A DNA stretch of 64,000 bases from Octopus sinensis (taxonomy: Eukaryota). The notes below the pieces were generated by a model, which saw only the letters and a list, made by a program, of their open reading frames with translations, ran no database searches and was not told where the DNA came from. The DNA lies in NCBI RefSeq assembly GCF_006345805.1, contig NC_043014.1, forward strand, positions 45,942,001 to 46,006,000. Direction: 5' to 3'. The translations under genes and the position numbers were made by a program. Of the stretch, positions 1 through 12,050 are shown in pieces (within the stretch, counting starts at the first letter, position 1; each line of letters opens with the position of its first letter).

Positions 1-484
1 CACAGTTTTAAAAGAAAACCTGATGACTAGTGTCAACATCATCATCATCAAGTTGCCATTCCCATTATATAATATTAAAAAAAAAAACGAAAAAGAAATC
101 CATAAACACTACAGACTATATTTGTTACATAACAATTGCCGCCACAGCCGCCATCAAACCACTGTTGTTACCGCCACAGCCGACACTGAAAAACAAATAA
201 CCAGCATTTTTACCGCCATCACCACCACCACCACCACCATCACTGATAATTAACCACCATCGTCACCATCACCACCATCAATGAATGAGTAACTAACGAT
301 TACACCACAACCAGAACCACAAACACCATCATCATCATCATCATCATCACTGAATAACTAACCAGCTGGTGGTGGTGGTGTGGCGGTAATGATTGTTGTA
401 TCGCCATCACCACCACCACCACCACCACATAACTAACCCATTCCCGTTCCCGTTCTCACCACCGCTTATAACGAGTCAACCAAG

Positions 485-1435
485 GAGCCTCTATGTACGC
501 CACGAGCTAGAAATAGCAGCCAAATCTCCCTTAAATCACCGCAGTCCCACCAAACCGTTTCTATTTCACATCGGATAATGTAACCGCGGTTCCTTTTACA
601 TACGAAAAAAGACGGGATGGTCACGGCTGGAATGCCTTCGGTGATCATTGGTCTGTTTGTACGAGAGCCTCTACGTACTCTACGAGTTAGAAATAGCAGC
701 CAAATCTCCCTTAAATCACCGCAGTCCCACCAAACCGTTTCTATTTCACATCGGATAATGTAACCGCGGTTCCTTTTACATACGAAAAAAGACGGGATGG
801 TCACGGCTGGAATGCCTTCGGTGATCATTGGTCTGTTTGTACGAGAGCCTCTATGTACTCTACGAGTTAGAAATAGCAGCCAAATCTCCCTTAAATCACC
901 GCAGTCCCACCAAACCGTTTCTATTTCACATCGGATAATGTAACCGCGGTTCCTTTTACATACGAAAAAGAACGGGATGGTCACGGCTGAATGCCTTCGG
1001 TGTCATTGGTCTGTTTGTACGAGAGCCTCTATGTACTCTACGAGTTAGAAATAGCAGCCAAATCTCCCTTAAATCATCGCAGTCCCACCATATCGTTTCT
1101 ATTTTACATCGGATAATGTAACCGCGGTTCCCTTTATATACGAAAAAAGACGGGATGGTTACGGCTGGAATGCCTTTGATGATCATAGGTTGCCTTATAA
1201 GGGAGCCTCTATGTACTCCAAAAGCTAGAAATAGCAGCTAAATCTCTCTTAAATAATCCCCAGTCCCACCACAACTTATTTTTTAAATAATACATTGGAT
1301 AATATAATTCTCAGCTCCCTGAAAATATATATAAAAAAAAAAAAGAAAGGATGGTCACGGATAGAACGCCATTTGTGATTATAGGTCTGTTTGTAAGGGC
1401 GACCTTGGAGCGACCTAAAACAACATTATCAAAAA
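485..1435 (+). repeat. Tandem array of five ~180-bp units derived from an old dispersed SINE-like family (F)
   Basis: Unit start GAGCCTCT at 485, 665, 845, 1023, 1203. Units 1-3 are near identical and units 4-5 progressively diverged. The motifs CTAGAAATAGCAGCCAAATCTCCC and GGGATGGTCACGGCTGGAATGCC recur as degenerate dispersed copies elsewhere (e.g. ~3.1, 13.9, 17.5, 30.1, 53.3 kb). Confidence 0.9.
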
Positions 1436-1865
1436 CAGCTATCATCATCATCACCATCATCATAATACCGTTAACATTGATACCATCAAATTCTTGAGAG
1501 TTAATTCATCATAATCGCCAACATCAAAGCATCACCATTCCAATAATAATAAGCATAAATATAAACAACACCACCACCACCACCGCCACGCCACCATTCC
1601 AACATCAGTGAAACCTTTGTAACTATTTTGTTATTTCAGCAATAATAATTAATTCTTGGTGCATAATTACACCACCGCCGCCGCCGCCACCACAACGACA
1701 ACACGAGTCAAAAAAGAAGCCTCGAAGAAGTAGTAGTGGTCGCCAGATCTGCTAGAAAGAGCTGTTAAAAATCTCACTTAAAATCACGCCCATAAAACCG
1801 TCATCTCAAGCCGCTGAAAAAAGGTTCTCAAATTCTTTGATTTCACAATGATACTAAAGTCACGT

Positions 1866-2150
1866 GGAGGCGCAATGGCCCAGTGGTTAGGGCAGCGGAC
1901 TCGCGGTCGTAAGATCGCGGTTTCGATTCCCAGACCGGGCGTTGTGAGTGTTTATTGAGCGAAAACACCTAAAAGCTCCACGACGCTACGGCAGGGGGTG
2001 ATGGTGATCCCTGCTGTACTCTTTCATCACTCTTCTGTTGGCCTGCTCACTTAGCCAGCGGAGTGGCGTCATTCGAAGGCTAAAACAATGCGAACGCATT
2101 GTGACCAGCGATGTGTAACAACATCTGATGGTCTGGTCGGTCACATGATC
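1866..2150 (+). mobile_element. tRNA-derived SINE family C, full length
   Basis: A-box TGGCCCAGTGG and B-box GGTTTCGATTCC in a tRNA-like head; near-identical copies at 24727, 44440-44610 and 55228-55575. Confidence 0.88.
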
Positions 2151-2199
2151 ACTAAAGACACACACACACACATACAATGGTTTTACGTTTTGGCACAAG

Positions 2200-2380
2200 G
2201 CCAGTAATTTTATGGGGAAGGTGGTGGGGGTTCATACTTAACTAAGTACTTTACTTTATCGCCTCCGAAAGGATGAAAGGCAAAAATCGACCTCGGTGAA
2301 ATTTGAACTAAGAATCTAAAGAGCCGGAAGAAATACCAAGAATCTTATTATCCAACTCGCTAACGAATCTGCCAGCTAGC
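2200..2380 (-). mobile_element. Diverged SINE-B copy
   Basis: Contains CCGAAAGGATGAAAGGCAAAAATCGACCTCGGTGAAATTTGAAC and head remnant GCTAACGAATCTGCCAGCT. Confidence 0.7.
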
Positions 2381-2390
2381 ACGCGCGCAC

Positions 2391-2507
2391 ATGTATGTAT
2401 GTATGTATGTGTGTATGTATGTATGTATGTATGTATGCAAGTGTGTGTGTGTGTGTATGTATGTATGCATGTGTGTGTGTGTGTATGTGTATGTATGTGT
2501 GTATGTA

Positions 2508-2538
<31 letters not shown>

Positions 2539-2539
2539 A

Positions 2540-2576
<37 letters not shown>

Positions 2577-2745
2577 ATGTGTGTATGTATGTGTGTATGT
2601 ATGTATGTGTGTATGTATGTATGTGTGTATGTATGTGTGTGTGTATGTATGTGTGTGCATGTGTGTATGTGTGTGCATGTGTGTATGTATGTATGTGTGT
2701 ATGTATATGTATGTATGTATATGTATGTATGCATGCATGTATGTG
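2391..2745. repeat. Compound (TATG)n/(TG)n microsatellite
   Basis: Direct reading; source of the HT/YV/CM pseudo-ORFs. Confidence 0.97.
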
Positions 2746-2771
2746 TCTTTGTGAAAAATAAAATAAATGCA

Positions 2772-3014
2772 CCCTTTTAAAGCCTAGCCAGGTTCATGGG
2801 CCCGGTTTCCAGGTTTCAATGGCGTATGTGTTCCCCAGCTGGACGGGATGTCAGTCCATCGCAGCGTTACTCATTTTTGCCAGCTGAGTGGACTGGAGCA
2901 ACGTGAAATGAAGTGTTTTGCTCAAGAACACAACGTGTCGCCTGGTCCAGGAATCGAAACCACAATCTTACGATCATGATGCTGACACCCTAACCACTAA
3001 GCCACGCGCCTCCA
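2772..3014 (-). mobile_element. tRNA-headed SINE family H, tail type 1
   Basis: Minus-strand tRNA head (TGGCTTAGTGGTTAGGG ... GGTTTCGATTCC) followed by TTGAGCAAAACACTTCATTTCACGTTGCTCCAGTCCACTCAGCTG, a segment shared with copies at 3.3, 20.8 and 21.4 kb. Confidence 0.8.
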
Positions 3015-3313
3015 CGTGTCTTTGTGAGTTCCATACTATATTGGTGGTATCCCAGTAATAGTTGGAGAGTGTAATCTTGGGTAAACGATGAGTGAATAAA
3101 CGACTGGGTGGTGATGGTCACGGCTGGTATGTTTCCTGATTGTATTTGGTTAGTGGGATTAAGGTACTTTAGCACCGCAAACCCGCCTGTCTTACAAACC
3201 ATTTTCCATTACTATGCTGTGACCACTACAGCGACAGTATCTGCTCCTATAAACATTGCAGATCGTTGTATTATAAGAAAAAAGGGGTGGGTGGGTAAAA
3301 AAGGGTTATGATT

Positions 3314-3608
3314 GACCATGGGATTGCACCTAGAAAGTTCCCCTCCGAGGCACATGACCGAACAAGGTTGTTTATGGAAGACCAGCAGTCACCCATGCGT
3401 ACCAACCTTCCCTCTCAACGCCACCGATGTTATCCAAGGGACAGGCAAAGGCCGACACAGCTTGGCACCTGGAATTTTGCAACTCATTTCTACAGCTGAG
3501 TGAAACTGGAGCAACATGAAATAAAGTGTCTTGCTCAAGAACACAACACACACCCGGATCCGAGAACGGAACTCACTACCTCATGATCGTCAGCCCGACG
3601 CTCTAGAA
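3314..3608 (-). mobile_element. SINE family H, tail type 2; head interrupted by hAT MITE
   Basis: Same body as 20761-21079; head broken at CGACGCTCTA by the insertion at 3609. Confidence 0.8.
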
Positions 3609-3828
3609 CAGTGGTTTTCAACCAAGGTTCCGCGGAACCTTAGGGTTCCGCCAGTACAGTCCAGGGGTTCCGCAAGAAGTTACAAAACTGCTAAAATCGG
3701 CAGTAATTTTTAAGTCTCCTGTGCAGATATGTGTGCATAAGACTATTAAATTATTGCACAGGGGTTCCTCGAGCCAGTGGAATGTTTCCTTGGGGTTCCG
3801 GCTCAAGGAAAAAGGTTGAAAAGCACTG
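3609..3828 (+). mobile_element. hAT (Charlie-like) MITE, 220 bp
   Basis: TIRs CAGTGGTTTTCAACC / GGTTGAAAAGCACTG; perfect 8-bp TSD CTCTAGAA on both sides; second copy at 34376. Confidence 0.93.
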
Positions 3829-4008
3829 CTCTAGAAACATAGTGAAGCGAGGCAGTTTGGAATGAAGTAGAGCTAGAATTCTCAAACTAAAGGAAACGAG
3901 TTTCGGGTTTTTTTTTTTTTTGAAAAATGAAAAAACTTCGTAATTCGCAGTTACGGGTTACGTTTTCAGAATCGGGTCCTCCATAACCAAAAACGTGTGA
4001 TTCCACAA

Positions 4009-4169
4009 GAGTTGCTGTGTGGTAAGTAGCTTGCTTACCAACCACGTGGTTCCGGGTTCATTCCCACTGCGTGGCACCTTGACAAAGTGTCTTCTACTTA
4101 TAGCCTCAGGCCGACCAAAGCCTTGTGAGTGGATTTGGTAGACGGAAACTGAAAGAAGCCTGTCGTACG

Positions 4170-4207
<38 letters not shown>

Positions 4208-4442
4208 GTGTGTGTGTGTGTTTCTTTGTGTGTTTGTTTGTGTGTCTGTCTTTTCCCCCCACACCACAGCGCTTGACAACCGATGGTGGTGTGTTTATGT
4301 CCCCGTAACCTAGCGGTTCGGCAAAAGAGACCGATAGAATAAGTACTATGCTCACAAAGTATAAGTCCTGGGGTAGATTTGCTCGACTAAAGGCGGTGCT
4401 CCAGCATAGCCACAGTCAAATGACTGAAACAAGTAAATGAGT
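4009..4442 (+). mobile_element. SINE family A (tRNA head + CORE-like segment + internal TA/TG microsatellite + 3' module)
   Basis: Head GCTGTGTGGTAAG..GGTTCCGGGTTCA..CCC, then GGCACCTTG..AAGTGTCTTCTAC, internal (TA)n(TG)n, 3' hairpin CAGTCAAATGACTG and AAGTAAA.GAGT tail; ~20 copies in the window. Confidence 0.88.
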
Positions 4443-4862
4443 ATATAAAAGAGTATAAGTTATGACGGAAAAATCGGATCTTGTGAATTTTCCGCAAGTC
4501 CCCAACACCCAGGGTCGTCAGCGCGCATTCCCCCACCCCTCATTCGTTTTCTACATACTTATTAACATCCACCAGGCTGGCTTATTTTATTTTATTTATT
4601 TTGGGAGAGGTGGTCCCGGGTGAAGAGCCTCATATTGATCGGGGTAAGGTTGTTGTGACAATTGTGCCGGATTACAAGATGACTTTTATTTTGCTCTTCA
4701 TTTTCTTTCTTTTTCTTTTTCTCCTTTATTGTGTGTGTGTGTGTCATGTTAGGAGAGGGGGCGATTGGGATGGTGAACTCCTTGAGATGGAAATGGGTGC
4801 GACACCCGTTTCCATTAGCGAAGAGGCAAACACTGTAAATACACATGATGGTCGTTTCAGTA

Positions 4863-4911
4863 GAGGAGGAGGAGGAGGAGATGGTGATGATGGTGATGAT
4901 GGTGATGATGG

Positions 4912-4946
<35 letters not shown>

Positions 4947-5104
4947 GTGATGATGGTGGTGGTGGTGGTGATGATGGTGATGGTGATGATGATGGTGATG
5001 ATGGTGATGGTGATGGTGATGATGATGATGGTGATGATGATGATGATGATGATGATGATGAGTGGTGGTGGTGATGATGGTGATGGTGATGATGATGGTG
5101 ATGG

Positions 5105-5136
<32 letters not shown>

Positions 5137-5167
5137 GTGATGATGGTGATGGTGATGATGGTGATGG

Positions 5168-5219
<52 letters not shown>

Positions 5220-5263
5220 GGTGGTGGTGGTGGTGATGGTGATGGTGATGATGATGGTGATGG

Positions 5264-5308
<45 letters not shown>

Positions 5309-5345
5309 CGATGACGGTGACGACTATGATGATGATAATGATGAC
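4863..5345. repeat. (GAT)n/(GGT)n compound trinucleotide microsatellite
   Basis: Direct reading; source of the poly-D/M/H pseudo-ORFs. Confidence 0.97.
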
Positions 5346-5575
5346 GGCGAGCTGGCAGAAACGTCAGCACACCGGGTGAAATGCGTAGCCGTATTTCTTC
5401 TGCCGCTACGTTCTGAGTTCAAATTCCGCCGAGGTCGACTTTGCCTTTCATCCTTTCGGGGTCGATAGATTAAGTACCAGTTACGCACTGGGGTCGATAT
5501 AATCGACTTAGTTCGTTTGTCTGTCCTTGTTTGTCCCCTCTGTGTTTAGCCCCTTGTGGGCAGTAAAGAAATAGA
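5346..5575 (+). mobile_element. SINE family B monomer (head + one 184-bp body)
   Basis: Head GGCGAGCTGGCAGAA (A-box-like), GAGTTCAAATTCC (B-box), central GTCGACTTTGCCTTTCATCCTTTCGGGGTCGATA (resembles from memory the Meta-SINE domain), 3' end GTAAAGAAATA. Confidence 0.88.
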
Positions 5576-5601
5576 TATATAAAAGTATATATAAGTGTGT
5601 G

Positions 5602-5660
<59 letters not shown>

Positions 5661-5689
5661 ATACACACACACATATATATATATAACAC

Positions 5690-5845
5690 ATACCTGACGA
5701 GCTTCTACAATTTCTGTCAAGCAAGTTTCATTCAAAAGCCTAACTGTGGTCCAGATAGAACATGACAGAAAGCATTTGCCCAAAGTGCCGAGCGGTGAGA
5801 TCGAACCTACAGCCAAACTGTTGCGAAGTGAACTTCTTAACCACA
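5690..5845 (-). mobile_element. Degenerate SINE-A head half
   Basis: Matches the A head/CORE-like segment, next to a (TA)n tract. Confidence 0.65.
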
Positions 5846-5933
5846 CACACACACACACACGCTGGAAGGGGCTATAAAGAAACGATTTACTGGAATCTCC
5901 GAACGTCTACAAAAACTCGAATGTAACGTTTTA

Positions 5934-6328
5934 TCTTTATATATAAAAGTGAAGTTGTGTGTCTGTCTCCTACGATTTAGATTCCTAACTACTCCCACAT
6001 TTTGCGGTGCAGTTTAACCAAAACCGGGTATCTTATAGTCGTGATTCATATCGAGCCCTTCTGGGTATTAGCGCGCGTCTACGATGAGTCTACGATTAAA
6101 AAAAAAATTTACCATAATTTTTTCCCATTTTTAATGCATTTTTTGCTATTATATAAGGGAAGAAACTCTCTAAAAATGTATTATTAAATCTCAGAACGTA
6201 AAAAGCTACAGTAACACCCCCCCTTTGTGGTTAGCCATATTGAGATGGCTATTATACTTTACATCTCTAAAAATGCTTATATAGTTATTTCCCTTACAAA
6301 CCCGAGCAACGCCGGGCGATACTGCTAG
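5934..6328 (+). mobile_element. Non-autonomous Helitron, 395 bp
   Basis: A|TC 5' end, CTAG|T 3' end, subterminal hairpin CCCG-AGCAACGC-CGGG 8 nt upstream of CTAG, no TSD; related copies at 27462 and 50692. Confidence 0.85.
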
Positions 6329-6656
6329 TTGTTTATAAAATATGAAGTTTAATTCGTCATAATAATTAAAGACTCCCTCTCTGGTTCATAAATTATTATT
6401 TACATTTCATGCGCGGAATCCTAAGGAGTGGTTTCTCTTATGTCTATACAATAGACCATATAACGATAATGAATTCAGTTTAATCCTAAGAGTCACTTAT
6501 GTAAAACGATGATAAAATTCTGAGGTGTGCTGTTTCATGTCTATGAACTATATCATGAAAAAGGTTATTCAATTCAGTTAATCTGGGTATAAAATTTCGA
6601 TAAAATGACGATTAATTAGTAAATAGAATGCAGCTGCCAGACAGCAAAGGAACTAC

Positions 6657-7072
6657 GGATCTTTTCGGTTTGAACGGCAGTTTTCAACATAATTTCTAGG
6701 TAACTAAACACTTTTAAATTTCCTATACTGGTAGAATGTGTTTATAAAACATCTTTTTCTCTTGGCTTTCTTGAGAAAATTCTATACTTTGTAAGATATT
6801 TGTTGTTCTTTTTTTTCAATTTCTGCAATTTCAACCAATCAATGACCGTCTATTGAGGTAAAAAAAACATTCTGTGCCGTATGAATATGTCCCTCGTTTA
6901 AGAAACAGATTGGGTTTATTTACATTTGTGAAGTAAAAAAAAGATACCCTTCCACCCACCCCTAACCCTAACACAGATTGAAATGCAATAGATGGATTCT
7001 AGGATCATAATTATGGGTAACAATTTCATATGACACCACTAGAAAAAACTGCCGTTCAAACCGAAAAGATCC
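6657..7072 (+). mobile_element. MITE-D (GG-terminated ~29-bp TIR, Merlin-like), flanked by a ~95-bp direct duplication
   Basis: TIR GGATCTTTTCGGTTTGAACGGCAGTTTT / AAAAACTGCCGTTCAAACCGAAAAGATCC; 6562-6656 repeated at 7075-7173. Confidence 0.92.
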
Positions 7073-7179
7073 ACAGGTTATTCAATTCAGTTAATTTGGG
7101 TATAAATTTCGATAAAATGACGATTAATTAGTAAATTAATTAGTAAATTGCTGTCAGACAGCAAAGGAACTACCTCTGA

Positions 7180-7690
7180 ACAGAAGTAGCACCTTGCCAA
7201 GGATGGTTAGGTGGACAGTTACCATCGGTCCTTATTCGACTATCACTCGATGGCGCCTCGCGTCACACACCGGTACCCCACTTCAGCTGGAGGGCTAAAC
7301 CAAGCAAGGAGATGGTGTTAACACTGCACCAGTAGGCGAAAGATTCAGGTAAGGTTTCCCAAGCAGCCACCGGCTAGGGCAGAAGACCTTGCTCAGCTCA
7401 AAGGTCTTGTGTTCAGGGGCCAAGCCGCGTCTCAGGTAGAGACGGCATACCGCCTTGGCTAACAGCCTGGAGAGGAATGGGCGCCACCAAACAGTACCCA
7501 TGATACATTCATGATGACGACAGCAACACTAGAACCCACACAAAATCGGTCGTTGCCTAGGTTAACATCAGACAGCGGACAGGACTTATTTTCGCCGACT
7601 CACACGGGACAGCAGAAGACCGGGGGAAGTGACGAAATCTGGTTAGACATCATCAACGACTGCCTTGACGACTACACGATCAAGATGTAT
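7180..7690 (+). pseudogene. Possible decayed non-LTR (RTE-like) retrotransposon fragment
   Basis: GC-richer unique stretch; translation ...RSLPRL...WLDIINDCL loosely resembles RTE ORF2 C-terminal motifs; no RT motifs seen. Confidence 0.25.
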
Positions 7691-7755
7691 GTATGTATGT
7701 ATGTAAGGAAAGAAGGATGAATGTAGCAAATATGCCGTTTTCTATATGGTCCCTC

Positions 7756-8105
7756 GGATCTTTTCGGTTTGAACGGCAGTTTTTTCTAGCGGTGTCATAT
7801 GAAATTGTCACCAATAATTATGACCCTAGTATCGATCTATTGCATTTCAATCTGTCTTAGGGTTAGGGTTACAGTTAGGGTTAGTTAGGGTTTGGGTTAG
7901 GGTATCTTATTTTCTTCAGAAATGTAAGTAAACCCAATCTGTTTCTTAAACGAGGGACATATTCATGCGGCACAGAATGTTTTTCACCTCAATAGACGTT
8001 ATTGATTGGTTGAAATTGCAGAAATTGAAGAAAAACAACAACAAATATCTTACAAACTATGGAATTTTCTCAATAAAGCCAAGAGAAAAAGATGTTTTAT
8101 AAACA
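7756..8105 (-). mobile_element. MITE-D, truncated, with expanded TTAGGG tract
   Basis: One TIR at 7756; TTAGGG-like repeats at 7858-7903; cut off at 8105 by a SINE-A fragment. Confidence 0.88.
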
Positions 8106-8230
8106 ACTCACAAGGCGTTGGTCGGCCCGAGGCTATAGTAGAAGACACTTGCCCAAGGTGCCACGCAGTGGGACTGAACCCGGAACCGTGTGGTTGGTAA
8201 ACAAGCTACTTACCACACAGCCACTCCTGC
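8106..8230 (-). mobile_element. SINE-A head fragment
   Basis: ACTCACAAGGC...GGTGCCACGCAGTGGGACTGAACCCGG...CCACACAGCCACTCCTGC. Confidence 0.85.
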
Positions 8231-8329
8231 TCCTTGTTGTTTAGTTTCTTATATTAAAGCCTAAAACTTCTCAAAGTTATATAACTCAATATCTTCACCC
8301 ACCCCGGTCCTCAGTTACAAACCGTGTGC

Positions 8330-8565
8330 ACGTGCGCGCGTGTGGACGGGTGCACGAGTGTGCGTGTGCGCCCGCGTATGTTGGTATGTGTGTGTATATA
8401 TATACGTAGCGTATATACACGAAAGCTTACATACATATAACATATATACACACAAACACATATACACACACACATATACACACACACATATACACATACA
8501 TATACACACACACATATATACACATACATATACACACACACACATATATACACATACATATATAC

Positions 8566-8597
<32 letters not shown>

Positions 8598-9095
8598 ATA
8601 CATACATATATATATATATATACTAGATATATAATATATAGCTAGATATATATATACATATATATATATATATACATAGATATATATATACATAGATATT
8701 ATATATATACATAGATATATATATAATATACATAATTATATATATATACATACATTATACATATATATATATACATAGATATATATATATATATACATAG
8801 ATATATATATATACATAGATATATATATATATATACATACATATATATATATATATACATACATATATACATATATATATGAATGCATATATATATGAAT
8901 ACATACATATATACATACATACATACATCATACACATATATACACACATACATACATACATACATACATACATACATACACATACACACACACACACACA
9001 TATATATGCTCATATGTATATAAATATGAATGCATACATACACACATACATACATACACACATACATACACATACACACATATATATATATGAAT

Positions 9096-9134
<39 letters not shown>

Positions 9135-9440
9135 TACTACATACATACATACGCTCATATGTATATAAATATGAATGCATACATACATACATACATACAT
9201 ACATGCAGAGATACACAAATAGTGTGTGTGTGTGTGTATGCATACTTATGTGCTCTATGTTCGCGTGCAACTGTGACAATGTGTGTTTGTGCACATGCAG
9301 CTTTATGCATATGTGCACACAACTGCATATACACACATATGCACGTGCATAATGCATATATATGCTGTGTGCTCGCATGTACCTGTGGCAATGCAATGTA
9401 TATACGCGCGCGCGTGTGTGTGTGTGTATGTGAGTGTGTG
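8330..9440. repeat. ~1.1-kb compound (TA)/(CA)/(TACA)/(TAGA) microsatellite
   Basis: Direct reading. Confidence 0.96.
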
Positions 9441-9569
9441 TGTACTTGAATCGTGTGCAGGCTTGTTTGTGTACCGAATCAAGTGACCTGGAGAGAAGAA
9501 TTAATGTATAGAGGGGAGGAGAGATTGGGAATTGAGAAAACAAGTCATACATATATTATATATATATAT

Positions 9570-10130
9570 AAATGAGAGAGAGAGAGAGAGAGAGAGAAAT
9601 AAAGAAAGAAACTGAAGGGGGGAGAGAGAGATAGAAAGAAATAAAGAAACTGAAGGAGAGAGAGAGAGAGAAAGAAAGAAAGAAACTGAAGGGGAGAGAG
9701 AGAGAGAAACTGAAGGAGAGAGAGAGAGAAATAAAGAAAGAACTGAAGGGGGGAAGAGAGAGAGAAACTGAAGGAGAGAGAGAGAGAGAAATAAAGAAAG
9801 AAACTGAAGGGGGGAGAGAGAGAGAGAGAAACTGAAGGAGAGAGAGAGAGAGAAATAAAGAAAGAAACTGAAGGAGAGAGAGATAGAAAGAAATAAAGAA
9901 ACTGAAGGAGAGAGAGAGAGAGAGAGAAAGAAAGAAAGAAACTGAAGGAGAGAGAGAGAGAGAGAGAGAGAAAAAAAGAAGGCAAGTGATAGTCACAGTA
10001 TAGACGAAAGACAGAGGGAGGGAGGGAGAGGGGGAAAAGAATATGAGAAAGAGTGAGGGAGGAAAGGGAGAATAATACGAGAAGGAATAAAAGGGAGGAG
10101 GAGGAGAGAGAGAGAGAGAAAAAGTTCATC
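9570..10130. repeat. Polypurine (GA)n/(GAAA)n minisatellite with recurring GAAACTGAAGG anchor
   Basis: GAAACTGAAGG recurs about ten times, separated by variable GA/GAAA runs. Confidence 0.9.
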
Positions 10131-10524
10131 AAAAGTATTTTCCTCCTCCTCCTCCTCTTCTGCTTGTAGAAGAAAAATATATTTCCATATTTAGGTCAGT
10201 GTTTTCGGGTGGAGGAGGGTGGATGGCAGAACGGTTTGGGGGTACCTCGAAAGATACTCGTTGGCTACTGGTTGTGATGATAGCTGTTCGAGCAGAGACG
10301 GTGGTAGTGTTGTTGTTGGTGGTGGTGCTGTTAGCGATGTAGTTGCGGTGGTTGTGGCGTGTTTATTGGTGATGAGGTGATGGTAGTAGTGCTACTAAAA
10401 CGTTGGTTTAGTAGTGGTGGTGGTTTCTGGTGGTACTGCTAGTGTGGTGGTGGTGGTTAGAGGGTTAGGGTTCGTTGTTTAACTCTAGGTTAACCTTGAT
10501 CAGTCAGACGTATCTCTCTTTCTC

Positions 10525-10748
10525 CCTTTTACTTGTTTCAGTCAGTTTGACTGCGGCCATGCTGGAGCACCGCCTTTAATCAAGCAACTCGACCCCGGGA
10601 CTTATTCTTTTTGTAAGCCCAGTACTTATTCTATCGGTATCTTTTGCCGAACCGCTAAGTAACGGGGACATAAACACACCAGCATCGGTTGTCAAGCAAC
10701 GCTAGGGGGACAAACACAGACACACACATACATATATACATTATATAT

Positions 10749-10781
<33 letters not shown>

Positions 10782-10862
10782 GACGGGCTTCTTTTCAGTT
10801 TCCGTCTACCAAATGCACTCACAAAGCATTGGTCGGCCCGGGGCTATAGTAGAAGACACTTG
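10525..10862 (-). mobile_element. SINE-A, 5'-truncated
   Basis: 3' module, internal microsatellite and part of the head half. Confidence 0.87.
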
Positions 10863-11396
10863 CCTACCCCTCTGCACATCTGGGACTACATCTTTCAATA
10901 AATGCTTCTCCCCCCCCCCCTTTTTTTTTTTTTGCTTCTGTAACACAGGGTGAGGTTTGAGGAAGATTAAAACTACTATTTCTAGCAAATCCAAAGACCA
11001 CGTAGAGACCTCCTTAGTAGGGTGGTGGCTAGGGCAGTGATACGATCGTTGTTGTCTCTATTGCTGTTTCGCACCACATAAGCTACGACAGAGCAACCTA
11101 TAACCAAAAGCATTCCAGTCATGACCACCCAGTTATATTTTTTAAAGAGACATTATTTATTCGAAACTATATTAATCGAACGTATTTATCCATTTTTTTG
11201 AAGACGGTAGAAACTGATTTGATGGATGTTTGGCTGTCATTTCTAACAAGCCGAGTGACCATCTCAGATCCCCCCTTCGTTAGCTCGAGTGAAAGAGGTG
11301 TTTTGTGTTTACAGGTGTTAATGATAACGAAGATGCGGGTGTTAGTGGAATCTTTGAAAGAGACAAGGGTGCTACTAGTTAGTAGTGCTAGTGTGT

Positions 11397-11530
11397 TGCC
11401 TTTCATCCTTTCGGGGTCGATAAATTAAGTACCAGTTACGTACTGAGGTCGATGTAATCGACTTAATACCTATGTCTGTCCTTGTTTGTCCCCTCTGTGT
11501 TTAGCCCCTTCTGGGTAGTAAAGAAATAGG
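11397..11530 (+). mobile_element. SINE-B 3' fragment
   Basis: TTGCCTTTCATCCTTTCGGGG...GTAGTAAAGAAATAG. Confidence 0.85.
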
Positions 11531-11881
11531 TAGTGTGTTAACATTGTGGAGATAGTAGAGGTAGGAATAGTAGTAATAATAGCAGTGGTTATTGTTGTTG
11601 CTGTTGTGAAGCAGAAACCAGTTCTAATAAAATTATTCTAATCATGACCATCACGTTTTCCTTGTAGCATACAAGGGGACTGGACCAGGCACAGGCAAAC
11701 CACCACCCGTAAGACTTTCTTCTTTCTGCTTGGCACACCTAACGAAATATTACCTTGAATTTTCTGTTTAATGGTGCGGCCCGCCTGACGGTGAAACAAT
11801 GTCTCATGCAGGCCCGCTCCTCGAAAATAGGTTACTTATACCTGGAACTAGACAGTCCAATGTCTTTCCTTATTTTAAGAT

Positions 11882-12050
11882 ATTTTCGTCTGTCGCAACG
11901 TTCTGAGTTCAAATTCCGCCGAGGTCGACTTTGCCTTTCATCCTTTCGGGGTCGATTAAATAAGTACCAGTTACGCACTGGGGTCGATATAATCGACTTA
12001 ATCCGTTTGTCCTCTCTGTGTTTAGCCCCTTGTGGGTAGTAAAGGAATAT
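11882..12050 (+). mobile_element. SINE-B headless monomer
   Basis: Starts ATTTTCGTCTGTCGCAACGTTCTGAGTTC, ends GTAAAGGAATA. Confidence 0.85.

Noticed and set aside
1866-1940. tRNA genes at SINE heads (also 21410, 24727, 49520, 58200)
   Set aside because: A and B boxes are present, but there is no complete acceptor stem and each continues into a SINE body.
7858-7903. True or interstitial telomere
   Set aside because: Short, imperfect, and part of MITE-D.
2308-9552. Long ORFs rich in H/T/Y/I, C/V/M or poly-D/M/H
   Set aside because: They are translations of (TATG)n, (TA/CA)n and (GAT)n microsatellites, open on both strands and in several frames, with no splice or domain support.
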